Of a stretch of DNA of 64,000 bases, positions 24,990 through 39,189 are shown piece after piece. The first letter of the stretch is position 1, and each line of letters opens with the position of its first letter. Made by a program: the position numbers and the translations under genes. Source of the DNA: Heterodontus francisci (Eukaryota); the NCBI RefSeq assembly GCF_036365525.1, contig NC_090389.1:38066973-38130972 (forward strand). Direction: 5' to 3'. The notes below the pieces were generated by a model that was given only the letters and a program-made list of their open reading frames with translations, was not told the DNA's origin and made no database searches.

Positions 24990-25298
24990 TTATTTATTTA
25001 GAGATACAGCACTGAAACAGGCCCTTTGGCCCACTGAGTCTGTGCCGACCAACAACCACCCATTTATACTAACCCTACAGTAATCCCATATTCCCTACCA
25101 CCTACCTACACTAGGGGCAATTTACAATGGACAATTTACCTATCACCTGCAAGTCTTTGGCTGTGGGAGGAAACCGGAGCACCCGGCGAAAACCCACGCG
25201 GTCACAGGGAGAACTTGCAAACTCCGCACAGGCAGTACCCAGAATCGAACCCGGGTCCCTGGAGCTGTGAGACTGCGGTGCTAGCCACTGTGCCGCCC
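24990..25298 (-). mobile_element. tRNA-derived V-SINE (HE1-like) with CR1-type tail
   Basis: Minus strand GGGCGGCACAGTGGCTAGCAC...GGGTTCGATTC (A/B boxes), V-domain core (GGTGCTCCGGTTTCCTCCCAC), tail similar to local CR1 3' ends. Confidence 0.88.
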
Positions 25299-26138
25299 AT
25301 TGACGATTATTGAATTTTGCCTGGTTTCCTGGAGGTGCATTTAATAATTTCCATCAATCAGCATACTAATTGTTCAACTCACAGAGTTAGGCACACCCAC
25401 TCCTATGGGGAAAACCTAATATTTTGGTATCTTCCATGCAGTAAAGAAGCAAATATTTGAGTTGACAGATAACATTAAGGGGTAGCTGTGAAGGAGTGTT
25501 AAATTTGTGTCCAACTCGGTTATTGCAGGAGTGATAGAGGAGAGAAGTAACTGTGAGGAGGAAAGAAGCATAAATCTTACATTGCCGTGGATGTCCATGT
25601 ATTGAACTGTCAGACCCGAGTCATTAGAACAGCATTTATAATACCATTCAGTTCATTTCTTATTTGACTACAATGATCCAGTCAGAGATAGGTTTGTGGA
25701 ATCATGTTTAGAATATTGTATCTGATTTGGGCATAGACAGGCAACAAGGATCTATACATACAGGAGGCTCATTAGCTGCTGTTCAGCATTCAACAATTAA
25801 ACTTCCACACAATTCTCTTCATTCTCTTTCATGAAAATGTAACCGTCGGTCATTAAGTTAGTCTAATCAGCCTCCTGCTTTTACATACAATGCTGCCATC
25901 ATTTACAATTGGGTACATTAAATAAAAGAGCTTTCAAATATGGTTAATGGGTCCTTAAAAGGAATGACAGTCATGTTATAATTCAACTGATTTCACTTCT
26001 TTATTGGTTCATTGTAATTTCAGTCAGCATTTAATAATTGACTATTCATAGGTAATATCAATATGCATTATGTGTGGATTTTTGGTGATAACCTGCAGGC
26101 ACATTTTACATAACCTCTGTTTATTTTGGGGCAGTGAA

Positions 26139-27985
26139 GCATAAGAAATAGGAGCAGGAGTAGATCGTACTGTCCCTCAAGCCTGCTCCACCATTCAATG
26201 AGATTATGGTATATCTTCAGCATCAACTCCACTTTCTTGCCCTATCCATATCCCTTGATTCCCTTAGAGTCCAAAAATCTATCAATCTCAGCCTTGAATA
26301 TACTTAACGACTGAGCATCCACAGCCCTCTGGGGCAGAGAATTCCAAAAATTCACAACCCTCCGAATGATTAAATTTTAAGTTAATCTCAGGCCTGATCA
26401 GCCAACACCTTATCTTGAGACTGTGCCCCCAAGTTCTCGATTCCCTAACCGGGGAAACAGTCTCTCTGCATCTACCCTGTCCATCCCTCTTCGAATCTAG
26501 TATGTTTCAATAAGATCAATTCTCAGTCTTCTAAAGTACAGAAAGTATAGGCCCATCTACTCAATCTCTTCTCATAGGACTATCCTATCATCACAAGAAT
26601 TAATCTATTGAATCTTTGTTGCACCACCTCCAAGACAAGTATATCCTTTCTGAGATACAGAGACCAAAACTGCACACAGTATTCCAGGAGTGGTTTCATC
26701 AAAACCCCGCACAATTGCAGCAAGACTTCCTTCCAATTGTACTCTAATCCTCTTGCAATAAAGGCCATTTCCTTTCTTAGTTGCTTGCTGTACATGCTTG
26801 TCAACTTTTGATGATTCATGTACAAACACCCAAAGTCCTCTGAACATCAAAATTTAATATTTCTCACCATTTAATTTTTTTTTCTATTCTTCTTACCAAA
26901 GTGATTAACCTCACATTTCTCCACATTATACTCCATCCGCCACCTTCTTGCCACCCAGTTAACCTCTCTATATCCTTTTGCAGACTCCTTTGCCGCAATT
27001 TAACGATGAGGCGGTGGCCCCGCCCACCAGCTGGAAAGCTGGGGGCGAGCCTGCCTCTGCTGGGCATGCTGCTATTTTGCTGATTGGCTGTAGTCAGGGC
27101 TTCTACCCATCTGAGGCAGCAAGACCCACCTCCAATAACTGCTGGCCAATCAGAGGGCTGGCAGTTCTTCGACCCTAGTAGTGCCACCGGGAGCGGTGGC
27201 CCGTGCTGGGACTGAAGCTGGCCAGGACCAGCAACAATGGAGAAGGCCCCGGAATGGAGGTCAGCGTGTGGGCACTCGCTGGGGACAATCGGCTAGGTCC
27301 CAGTAAGGGAGGAGGAGGGGCGGGGTGGTAATCAGAGTGTAGGGCAGGGAGGCTTGTTTCAGCAGGGATAGCCCATGCTGCTGGGGGGCCCTCCATGTGG
27401 CACAGGGATCCCGATCAGCAAGACCCCCCCCCCAGCCCACAAGGAGGTGGCCATGTATTACTAGACGGCCTCCTCAGCTGCCAAAGTGCCTGATGGTGGT
27501 AAAATTTCAACGGGGAGGGGAAGAGGCCTTCAAGTGGCCATTAATTGGTCATTAAGGGCCTCAATAGGCCTAAGGGTGGGCGGGCCACCTACTCCCTCCC
27601 TCACTGCTGGTAAAATAGCAGCAAGGGGCAAGTAGGCGATAGGCATGGCACGCTCCACCTCCCACCCCCCCCCCCCAACCTCGGCTCCCACCCTATTTTA
27701 TGCCCACCCACCGCCTCCTATCCTGCTTCCGGAGGGGCGTAAAATTCTGTTCTTAATTGCCACTTATCTTTTTATTGCCAGCAAACTTGGATACCTTAAA
27801 CTTGGTCCCTTCATCTAAGTCATTAATATAAATTGTAAATAGCTGAGGCCCCAACACTGATCCTTATGACACCCACATAGCCTGCCAACCTGAACATGAC
27901 CTGTTTATTCCTTCTCTCTGTTTTCTGTCCTTCAACCAATCCTCTATTCATGCTAATATACTACCCCAATTCCATGAGCCCTCAT
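26139..27985 (-). mobile_element. CR1 RT/3' fragment with nested MITE
   Basis: LEYCVQFWS motif in ORF 26580-26825; CR1 tail at 26139. Confidence 0.85.
26991..27751. mobile_element. Harbinger-type MITE (opposite orientation to 23644-24406)
   Basis: Degenerate TIRs TGCCGCAATTTAAC / GTAAAATTCTGT; internal sequence is reverse-complement similar to the 23644 and 51678 copies. Confidence 0.7.
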
Positions 27986-28711
27986 GAGTAATCACCCTGC
28001 TTTAGTTATCAAGTAAAGTCTGCTGACATAGCAACAATCATGCACTTGAAAATCATCCATTTTTGAGAGATGTGACAAGGTACTATATAAATGCAAGCCA
28101 AGCCTGTGAGTGAAACTTCTGCCAACACAGCTTTCAACAGTTCGGAGTGAGTTCCCAGCAGTTTAACCTTGACACAGCTTATGGGTATTTAATGATGCTC
28201 TCCCATAATCTGTTTTAGTTTTCCCAGAAGTGACACTTGCTGAGCTAGGTACCAGCTTTCTTCATGGTCAGGATATTGTAGTGGAGACAGCAGTCTCGAT
28301 ACTGCATATATTTTCTGATAACACTTCACCATTTTCTGAGTACATCTGATCTTTTTAGTTCAGCTCTTTTTAAAACCAGTTAGAATTAATCTGCACCATG
28401 TCACCACAGTAAAGTAGTTAATCGACTTAGGAGTTATCTTCCAGGTGGCAGGTGGAAGGACTCATTCTGTAGATTATAAGCCAGTTTTGAGGGGGAAAAA
28501 GTCTACCTAGAATCCTCCATTGAATCCAGAGCTGAACAGTACAACATTTCCACCAGAACTTCCAACTGGAATTCTATTGTAGTCATTAACAATTATTATG
28601 CCAGCCACTTGATGTAAATGATTCTACTCTGCACAGGCAGTAAACAGCCTGAATTGGTACACATGTCAATCATTTGCTTTACCTATGCTTGTAAAATAGT
28701 TGCCAATTATG

Positions 28712-29240
28712 AGTCATAGGCTCATTTACAGCAAAGAAGGAGGTCATTTGGCCCATCAAGTCCCTGCCGGCTCTCCACGGAGTAATTCAGTCAGTCCCAT
28801 GCTCCAGCTTGATCCCTGTAGCTCTGCAAGTTTATTTCCTTCAAGTGTCCACTCAATTTCCATTTGAAATCATTGATTGTTTCCACTTCCATCCCCCTTG
28901 TGGGCAGTAAGTTCCAGGTCATTACCACTCGCTGTGTAAAAAAGTTCTTCCTCACATTCCCCCTGCATCTCTTGCCCAAAACCTTCAATCTGTGTCCCCT
29001 AGTCCTTGTATCATCAGTTAATGGGAGTAGTTTTCCCTTGTCTAACTCATCTAAGCCTGTAAACTTCTTTCAAATCTCCCCTCAATCTCTAAGGAGAACA
29101 ATTCCAGCTTTTCCAACCTAACCTTGTAACTAAAATCCCCCATCCCTGGTTAATCTCCTCTCAAGGACCCTCACATCCTTCCTAAAGTGTGGTGACCAGA
29201 ACTGGACACAGTACTTCATTTGGGCCTAACTAGAGCTTTA
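28712..29240 (-). mobile_element. CR1 3' fragment
   Basis: RKNFFTQRVVMTWNLLP C-terminal ORF2 motif and tail. Confidence 0.85.
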
Positions 29241-29329
29241 TGAAGTGTATTCTTAGAGAGGAAACTCCAAGCATCCACCATTAAGGGTTGGCATTGTGAT
29301 TGGAGTATTATTATTGCATTGTTTTTATC

Positions 29330-29800
29330 AGATTTATGTTCTATTAAGTACAATTTCAAAGATTGTGGATGATATCAAATTGGGGGGTGTATTTAATGCA
29401 GAGCAGAAGTCAACAAAATACAGGAAGACATTAATAAACTTGCAAAATGGGCATGTAGTTGGCAAATGAGGTTCCATATAGATAAGTTAGAGCTGGTATA
29501 TTTTGGTAGGAAAAATAAGAAGGTCGCATACTCCTCAGAAAATGAGAGTCTAAATGGTGTCGGGAAACAGGAAATTTTGTGTACAGGTCACTCAAAGTAC
29601 TGACAGGTTAGTCCTTTAACAAAAAAACAAACAAAGCATTGGGATTAATTTCCGGAGAGATAGAACTGAAAAACAGAGAAGTTAGTTAAACTTGTATTAA
29701 ACTTTGGTTAGACCACACTTGGAGAAACTTAAACCGCGCTGGTCACTATATTATTAAAAAAAGATGCAGAGGCACTGGAGTAGGTGCAAAAATATTTATT
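29330..29800 (+). mobile_element. Old CR1-like RT fragment
   Basis: Decayed ISKIVDDIKLGG...IQEDINKLAKWACSWQMRF...LVRPHLE. Confidence 0.65.
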
Positions 29801-29819
29801 AAAATGATCTCTGTGATCT

Positions 29820-29962
29820 TAGTTCTGATGAAAGGTCATTAACCTGAAATGTTAACTGTGCTTCTCTCTCCACAGATGCTGCTAGACCTGTTGAGTATTT
29901 CCAGCACTTTCTGTTTTTATTCCAGATTTCCAACATCTGCAGTATTTTGCTTTTATTTTTGC
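29820..29962 (+). mobile_element. Short Penelope-like terminal repeat fragment
   Basis: Same unit as at 37150-37310 and 59166-59403 (CTGATGA...CCTGAAA.GTTAAC...CACAGATGCTGC). Confidence 0.6.
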
Positions 29963-30019
29963 TTCTACTTAATGACAAGCCGCAGAAACTGGATTGATCC
30001 ACTACAGGTCTTCTGTAAT

Positions 30020-33000
30020 ATGTAGGAATCTGTTGATCTCAGTCTTGAACATACTCAACGACTGAACCTCCACAGCCCTCTGGGCAGAGAATTCCAAAGA
30101 ATTACCACCCTCTGAGTGAAGAAATTCCTCCTCATCTCAGTCCTAAATGACCTGCCCTTATTCTGAGACTGTGTCCCCTGGTCCTGGACTCCCCAGCCAG
30201 GGAAAACATCCTTCCTGCATTAACCCTGTCGAGCCTGTAAGAATTTTGTATGTTTGAATGAGATCACCTCTCATTGTTCTAAACTCCAGAGAATAAAGGC
30301 CCAGTCTATTTAATCTTTCCTCATAGGACAATCCCTCCATCCCAAAATTAGTTTGGTGAACTTTTCTTGCACTCGCTGTATGGCAAGTATATCTTTTCTT
30401 CGGTAAGTAGACCGAAACTGCACACAATGCTCCAGGTGCGGTCTCACCAAGGCACTATATAATTGCCGTAAGCCACATTTACTCCTATACTCTAATCCTC
30501 TTGTAATGAAGGCCATCATACCATTTGCCTTCGTAATTGCTTGCTGCACCTGCATGTTAATTTTCAGTGACTCATGAACAAGGACACTCAAATCCCTTAA
30601 AAATTCAACACTTCCCAGCCTCTCACCATTTAGGAAATACTCTGTATTTCTGTTTTTTCTACCAAAGTGGATAACCTCACATTTCTCCACATTGTATTCC
30701 ATCTGCCAAATTTTTGCCTGCTCACTTAGCCTCTCCAAATTCCCCTGAAGTGTCTTTGCATCCTCACAACTCTCACTTCCACCTAGTTTTGTGTCATCTG
30801 CAAACTTGGAAATATTACCTTTAATCCCCACATCCAAATAATTGATATAGATTATGAATAGCTGGGGTCCAAGCACTGACCCTTGCAGTACACCACTAGT
30901 CACAACCTGCCAATCGGAATTTATTTCTACTCTCTGTTTTCTGTCCATTAACCAGTTCTCAATCCATGCCAGTATATTCCCTCCAATCCCATGTGCTCTA
31001 ATTTTGTTTACGAACCACTTGTGTGGAACCTTATCAGAAGCTTTCTGAAAATCTAAGTATACTACATCCACTGGTTCCCCCTTATCTATTCTGCTAGTTA
31101 CATCCTCAAAAAACTCCAATAGGTTTGTTAAACATGATTTCACTTTCATAAATCCAGTTGACTCTACCCAATCCTACCATTATTTTCTAAGCGTCCTGTA
31201 TCACAGGCTTGGGGAGGAAGTGGTGCAGTGGTATTGTCACTTGAGTAATAACCCAAAGACCCAAGGTATTGCTCTGGAGACATGGGTTCGAATCCCACCA
31301 TGGCAGAAGATGGAATTTGAATTCAATTAATAAATCTGGAATTAAAAGCTAGTCTAATGATAGCCATGAATCCATTGTCCATTGTTGTAAAAACCCATCT
31401 GGTTCACGAATGTCCTTTAGGGAAGGAAATCTGCTGTCTTTACCTGGTCTGCCCTTCATGTGACACCAGACCCACAGCAATGTGTTTGACGCTTAATGCC
31501 CTCTGAGATGGCCTAGCAAGCCACTCAGTTTTATCAAACCACTACAAAATCAATAAGGAATGAAACCTGACGGACCACCCGGCATCGACCTACGCACCAG
31601 AAACGACAACGGCAAACCCAGCCCTGTCGACCCAGCAAAGTCCTCCTTATTAACATCTGGGGGCTTGTGCTAAAGTTGGGAGAGCTGTCCCAGCCTGACA
31701 TAGTCAAGCTCATAGAATCATATTTTACAGACAATGTCCCAGACACCGCAATCTCCGTCCCCCGGTATGTCCTGTCCCACCGGCAGGACAGACGCAGCAG
31801 AGGTGGTGGCACAGTGGTATACAGTCGAGAGGGAGTTGCCCTGAGAGTCCTCAACGTGGACTCTGGATCCCATGAATTCTCATGGCATCAGGTCAAACAT
31901 GGACAAGGAAACCTCCTGCTGGTTACCAACTACCACCCCCCCATCAGCTGATGAGTCAGTACTCCTCCATGTTGAACACCACTTGGAGAAAGCACTGAGG
32001 GTGGCAAGGGCACAGAATGTACTCTGGGTGGGGGACTTCAATGTCCATCAACAGGAGTGGCTTGGTAGCACCATTACTGACCGAGCTGGCCGAGTCCTAA
32101 AGGTCATGGTTGCTAGACTAGATCTGCGGCAGGTAGTGAGGGAAACAACAAGAGGGAAAAACATACTTGACCTTGTCCTCACCAATCTGCCTGTCACAGA
32201 TGCATCTGTCCATGAGAGTATTGGGATGAATGACTACCGCACAGTCGTTGCAGAAACAAAGTCCCGTCTGAAAATTGAGGATACCCTCCATTGTGTTGTG
32301 TGGCACTACCACCATGATAAATGGGATGGAATTCAAACAGATCTAGCAATGCAAAACTGAGCATCCATGAGACGCTGTGGGCCATAAGCAGCAGCAGCAG
32401 AATTGTATTCAACTATACTCTTTAATCTCATGGCCTGGCATATCCCCCACTCTATCATTACCATCAAGCCGGGGAACCAACCCTGGTTCAATGAAGAATG
32501 CAGGAGGGCATGCCAGGAGCAGCACCAGGCATACCTCAAAATGAAGTGTCAACCCAGTGAAGCTACAATCCAGGACTACTTGTGTGCCGAACAGCATAAA
32601 CAGCATGCAATAGACAGAGCTAAGCGATCCCATAACCAATGGATCAGATCTAAGCTCTGCAGTCCTGCCACGTTCAGTCATAAATGGTGGTGGACAATTG
32701 AACAACTAACAGGAGGATGTGGCTCCACAATATCCCCATCCTCAATGATGGGGCAGCCCAGCACATGAGTGCAAAAGATAAGGCTGAAGCATTTGCAACA
32801 ATCTTCAGCCAGAAGCGCCGAGTAGATAATCCATCTCGGCCTCATCCTGAAGTCCCCAGCATCACAGATGCCAGTCTTCAGCCAATTTGATTCACTCCGT
32901 GTGATATCAAGAAAGGACAGAAGGCACTGGATACTGCAAAGGCTCTGGGCCCTGAAAATATTCTGGCAATAGTACTGAAGACCTGTGCTCCAGAACTTGC

Positions 33001-35420
33001 TGCACTCCTAGCCAAGTTGTTCCAGTACAGCTACGAAACTGGCATCTACATGGCAATGTGGAAAATTGCCCAGATGTGTCATGTACACAAAAAGCAGGAC
33101 AAATCCACCCCAGCCAATTACCGCCCTATTAGTCTTCTCTCGATCATCAGTGAAGTGATGGAAGGTGTCGTCAGCAGTGCCATCAAGCGGCACTTGCTTA
33201 GCCATAACCTGCTCAGTGATGCTCAGTTTGGGTTCCGCCAGGGCCACTCAGCACCTGACCTCATTACAGCCTTGGTTCAAACATGGACAAAAGAGCTGAA
33301 CTCAAGAAGTGAGGTGAGAATGACTGCCCTTGACATCAAGACAGCATTTGACCGAGTATGGCATCAAGTAGTCTTTGCAAAACCGGAGTCAATGGGAACC
33401 AGAGGAAAACAGTCTCCTGGTTGGACTCATACCTATCACAAAGGAAGATGGTTGTGGTTGTTGGAGGTTAATCATCTGAGCTCCAGGACATCACTGCAGG
33501 AGTTCCTCAGGATGGTGTCCTAGGCCCAACCATCTTCAGCTGCTTCATCAATGACCTTCCTTCAATCATAAGGTCAGAAGTGGGGTTGTTCGCTGATGAT
33601 TGCACAATGTTCAGCACCATTTGTGACTCCTCGGTTACTGAAGCAGTCCATGTAGAAATGCAGTAAGACCTGGACAATTTCCAGGCTTGGGCTGATAACT
33701 GGCAAATAACATTCGCACCACACAAGTGCCAGGCAATGACCATCTCCCCTTGACATCCAATGGCATTACGATCGCTGAATCCCCCACTATCAACATCCTA
33801 GGGGCTACCATTGACCAGAAACTGAACTGGAGTAGCCATATAAATACCATGGCTACAAGAACAGTTCAGAGGCTTTGAATCCTGTGGCGAGTAACTCACC
33901 TCCTGACTCCCCAAAGCCTGTCCACCATCTACAGGGTACAAGTCAGGAGTGTGATGCAATACTCTCCACCTGCCTGGATGGGTGCAGCTCCAACAACACT
34001 CAAGAAACTCGACACCATCCAGGACAAAGCAGTCCACTTGATTGGCACCCTATCCACAAACATTCACTCCCTCCACCATCGATGCACAGTGGGCAACAGT
34101 GTGTATCATCTACAAGATGCACAGCAGCAACACACCAAGGCTCCTCAGACAGAACCTTCCAAACCCGCGACCTCTACCGCCTAGAAGGACAAGGGCAGCA
34201 GTTGCATGGGAACACCACCACCTGCAAGTTTCCCTCCAAGCCACACACCATTCTGACTTGGAACTATATCATCGTTCCTTCACTGTCGCTGGGTCAAAAT
34301 CCTGGAACTCCCTTCCTAGCAGCACTGTAAGTGTACCTACCCACATGGACTGCAACAGTTCAAGAAGGTGGGCAATAAATGCTGGCCTAGCCATCGACGC
34401 CCACTTCCCCCACGAATGAATAAAAAGAAAATCCTTTATTATAGATACTAGCATTTTCCCTGATGTAACTGATGTCAGGCTAACAGGTCTGTAGTTCCCT
34501 GTTTTCTTTCTCCCGCTTTTCTTAAATAGTGCAGTTATATTTTCCACCTTAAAATCTGCAGGAACCATTCCAGAGTTGATAGAACTTTGAAAGATTATCA
34601 TCAACATATCTATGATCTCTACAGCCACCTCTTTCAACACTCTGGGATGTAGATCATCAGGTCCAGTGGATTTATCTCCTTTAAGTCCTATTAATTTCTC
34701 TAGTACTATTTTTTGACTAATATTAATATCTTGCAGTTCCTTGTTTACACTAGTCCCTTGATTCTCCATTATATCTGTTTTTTTCCCGTATTTTCCTCCG
34801 TGAAGACAGATACAAAATATTTATTTACTTTCCCTGCCATTTCCTTATACCCCACTATAAATTCTGCTGACTCTGCTAGTAATGGACCCACATTTGTCTT
34901 TGCTAATCTTTTCCTTTTTACATACCTGTAGAAGGTTTTACAGTCCATTTTTATGTTTCTCGCTAGTTAACTCTCATATTCTATTTTCCCTTCCTTAATC
35001 TTTGCAGAATTCTGAAATGCTCCAAATGCTCTGGCTTACCATTTTTTTGGGCAACTTTATACACCTCTTCCTTTGCTCTCATACAATCCTTGATTTCTTT
35101 TGTTAGCCACAGGTGGAACACTTTCCTTGCTTGGGTTATTGTACATTAAAGGATTGTATTTTTACTGTAAACTATGTATTAGTTCTTTAAATGTTAGCCA
35201 TTGTCTGTCTGCCATCATACCTTTTAAAGGAGTTTCCCAAACCACCCTGGTCAATTTGCCCCTCATACCTTCATAGTTTCCTTTGCTTAAATTTAAGACC
35301 CTAGTTTCTGATTGAACTACATCACTTTCAAACTTAATGTAAAATTCTATCATATTATGGTCACGCTTTCCTAAAGGCTCCTTTACAACAAGATCATTAA
35401 TTAGCCCTTTTTCATTGCAT
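30020..35420 (-). mobile_element. CR1 ORF2 fragment split by the LINE at 31206-34430
   Basis: RT ORF 30310-31149 (KFADD) continues after 34431 (GNYRPVSLTS, GPDDLHPR) to the EN end near 35400. Confidence 0.9.
31206..34430 (+). mobile_element. Full-length ~3.2 kb non-LTR retrotransposon (CR1/L2-group) with tRNA-like head and a single EN-RT ORF, decayed
   Basis: A box TGGTGCAGTGG (31221-31231), B box GGTTCGAATCC (31285-31295); EN (INIWGL, VGDFN, NILDLVLTN), RT (NYRPISLLS, QFGFR, LFADD), tail GAATGAATAAAAAG. Confidence 0.9.
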
Positions 35421-37149
35421 ATAGGAGTATAGGAGCAGCCGGCTGGTGGTTATGTAAGCATTCTCCGAAACTGAACATAATTGATCTTGGGGTTGCACAA
35501 CAGAACCCAAATGCACATGCAGCCTGTCAGAAATCCCTGGCCTGACTAAGGCATAATTGTTGACTTATACCCTCCCCCAACTCAGCAAGTTTGGGGCCAC
35601 AAACTTAAATAAGAGGATTGAAGAAAAGTTTCTTCATCTAGAGACTGTTATTTTCAAAATAATTTCTCAAAATTTCAGAAGTTATTGAAGCAGTTAATTA
35701 CCCCATTACAGAACATTGCAGTGTTGCTGTATTCAATACTTGTACTTGATTAGCATTTGTCATATTCATGTTTCACTTTTCCTTGTATAATAATTATTCA
35801 GAAATATTTCAGTTATTTTGACCTGTAAAGACCTCTGATCTAAACTTCACATTCCACAAATCCAAAGAAAGTGGTATTGCAGTTGGGTAACCATTAGTCC
35901 ACTGGATAAAACAACAACAGGTGTTTGAATAAAATACTGGTTCTAGTTTGTAAAGGCCAATGTCTATTTTGGGAACTGCTATGAAACCATAAAGATAAAC
36001 ATCTGAAAGCCTAAAATCGTTCTTAAGAAAAGGATATCCTAATTAACAGAAACTTTACTTCTGACACCTCTTGTCTAATTCATATTTCACATACACCTGG
36101 CATTAGTTTGTGTGTGTGTGGATATATATATATATAAATATACATGTGACTTGCTTCATGCAGTAATGCTGTGTTGATTAACAACTGTGAAACACAACTT
36201 CCTAGGCTGACGAAAAAAACCTGTTTCTTCTTTCTTGACTGTGATACCAACATAAGATATGAACATACGAATTAGGAGCAGGAGTAGGCCACTCGGCCTT
36301 TCGAGCTTGCTCCGCCATTCAATAAGTTCATTGCTGAACTGATTACTCCACATTTCTACCTACTCCCAATAACGTTCCACCCCCTTGCTTATTAAGAATC
36401 TATCTACCTCTGCCTTAAAAATATTCAAAGACTCTACCTCCACCACCTTTTGAGGAAGAGAATTCCAAAGATTCACGACCCTCTTAGAGAAAAAATTTCT
36501 CCTCATCTCTGTCTTAAATGGACGACCCGTTATTTTTAAACAGTGACCCCTTGTTCCCACAAGGGGAAACATCCTTTCACATCCACCCTGTCAAGACCCC
36601 TCCGGATCTTATATATTTCAATCAAGTCACCCCTTACTCTTCTAAATTCCAGCAGATAAAAGCCTAGCCTGTCCAATTTTTCCTCGTATGACAGCCCGCC
36701 CATTCCAGGTATTAGTCTAGTAAACCTTCTCTCTACCGCCTCCAATGCATTTACATCCTTCTTGAAATAAGGAGACCAATACTGTACACAGTACTCCAGA
36801 TGTGGTCTCACCAATGCCCTATACAGCCGAAGCATAACCTCCCTACTTTTGCAATTCAATTCCCCTTGCAATAAATGATAACATTCTATTAGCTTTCCTA
36901 ATTATTTGCTGTACCTACATACTAACCTTTTGCAATTCATGCACTAGGACACCCAGATCCCTCTGCATCTCAGAACTCTGCAAGCTCTCACCATTTAGAT
37001 AATATGCTTCTTTTTTATTCTTCCTGCTAAAGTGGTCAATTTCACACTTTCCCACATTATACCCCATTTGCCAGGTCTTTCCCACTCACATAACCTATCT
37101 ATATCCCTTTGCAGCCCCCTTATGTCCTCTTAACAAGTTAATTTCCTAC

Positions 37150-37310
37150 CTAAAATAAAAGCAAAATACTGCAGATGCGGAAAGTCTGAAATAAAAACAA
37201 AAAACACTGGAAATACTCAGCAGATCTGGCAGCATCTGTGGAGACAGAAGCAGAGTTAATGTTTCAGGCCAGTGACCTGTTGAGTATTTCCAGCATTTCT
37301 TGTTTTTATT
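37150..37310. mobile_element. Penelope-like inverted repeat fragment nested in CR1
   Basis: AAAACACTGGAAATACTCA...TGAGTATTTCCAGCATTT inverted arms; same family as 59166. Confidence 0.6.
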
Positions 37311-39189
37311 ACTTTCCTACCTATCTTTGTGTCATCAGCAAATGTAGCAACCATACCTTTAGTCCCTTCATCTAAGTCATTTATAAAAATTATAAAATGT
37401 TGAGGCCCCAGCACAGATCCCTGTGGCACACCACTCATTACATCTTGCCAACCAGTAAATGACCCATTTATGTCTACTCTCTGTTTCCTGTTAGCTAGCC
37501 AATCTTCTTTCCATGCCAATATGTTACTGCCTACACCATGGGCTATTATTTTCTGCAATCATCTTTGATGTGGCACCTTATCAAATGCCTTCTGGAAATC
37601 TAAGTACAATAAATCCACCAGTTCCCCTTTATCCACAGAATATGTAACTCCCTTAAAGAGCTCCAAAGATTTTCCTTTCACAAAACCATGCTGACTCTGC
37701 CTGGTTACCTTGAAATTTTCTAAATGACCTGCTCTAACGTCTTTCATAATAGCTTCTAACATTTTACCTCAGACAGATGTTAAGCTAACTGGCCTGTAGT
37801 TTCCTGCTTTCTGTCTCCCTCCCTTTTTGAATAAAGGAGTTACATTGGCTATTTTCCAATCTAAAGGAACCTTCTCCGAATCTAGGGAATTTTGGAAAAC
37901 TAAAACTAATGCATCAACTATCTCACCAGCCACTTCTTTTAACACCCTAGGATGAAGTCCATCGGGATCCGGGGACTTGTCAGCCCACAGATCCAACAAT
38001 TTGTTCAGTAGCCCTTTTCTTGAGTTCCTTCCTCCCTCTATTTCCTGACTTACAGCTAATACTGGGATGTTACTTCTATCCTCAATAGTGAAGACCGATG
38101 CAAAATATCTGTTCAATTCATCTACCATCTCATTATCCATTATTAATTCCCCAGACTCACTTTCTACAGGACCAACGCTCACTTTGTTAACTCTTTTCTT
38201 TTTGAACTATCTATAGAAATTCTTACTATCTGTCTTTATATTTCTTGATAGCTTTCTCTCGTACTCTAATTTTACCTTCCTTATCAATCTTTTAGTCATT
38301 CTTTGCTGTTTTTTATACTCTGTCCAATCTTCTGACCCACCCCCCATCTTTCCGCAATTACAAGCTTTTTCTTTGTGTGATACTATCTTTAACTGTTTTT
38401 GAAATTTTTTTTTATTCATTCATGGAATGTGGGTGTTGCTGGCTAGTTAACCATGGATGGCAGGTCCCACCCTTGGAATTTTTCTTTCTTGTTGAAATGT
38501 ATCTGTTCTGTGTATTCTGAAATATCCCCTTAAATGTCTGCCACTGCATCTCTATTGCACTATCCCTTAACCTGATTTTCCAGTTCACTTTAGCTAGCTC
38601 TGCTTTCATGCCCTCATAATTACCCTTATTTCAGTTTTAAATACTAGTCTTGGACCCACTCTTCTCTCCCTCAAACTGAATGTAAAATTCAATCATATTA
38701 TGATCACTACTAACTAGGGGCGCCTTAACTATGAGATCATTAATTAATCCTATCTCATTGCACAATGCCAGGTCTAGTATAGCCTGCTCTCTGGTTGGCT
38801 CCAGAACGTATTGTTCCAAGAAATTATCTCCAAAACATTCTAAATACTCCTCATCTAGGCTACTTCTGCCCACCTGATTTTTAAAATCCCTGATAATTAT
38901 CACCGTACCTTTCTGACAAGCTGCCATTATTTCTTCCTTTATACCCTGTCCTACAGTGTGGTTAATGTTAGGTGGCCTGTACACCACTCCCACAAGTGAC
39001 CTCTTGCCTTTATGATTTCTCATCTCTACCCAAACTGCTTCTACGTTCTGGTCTCCTGAACACAGCATATCCCTCTCTATTATGCTAATACCATCATTAA
39101 TTAACAGAGCTATCTCCACCTTTTCCTTGCTTCCTGTCCTTCCTAAGTGCCATGTACCCTTCAATATGCAGGTCCCAATCTATGTCATC

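Noticed and set aside
31210-31300. tRNA gene
   Set aside because: Only A/B boxes are present; no convincing cloverleaf; contiguous with a LINE body.
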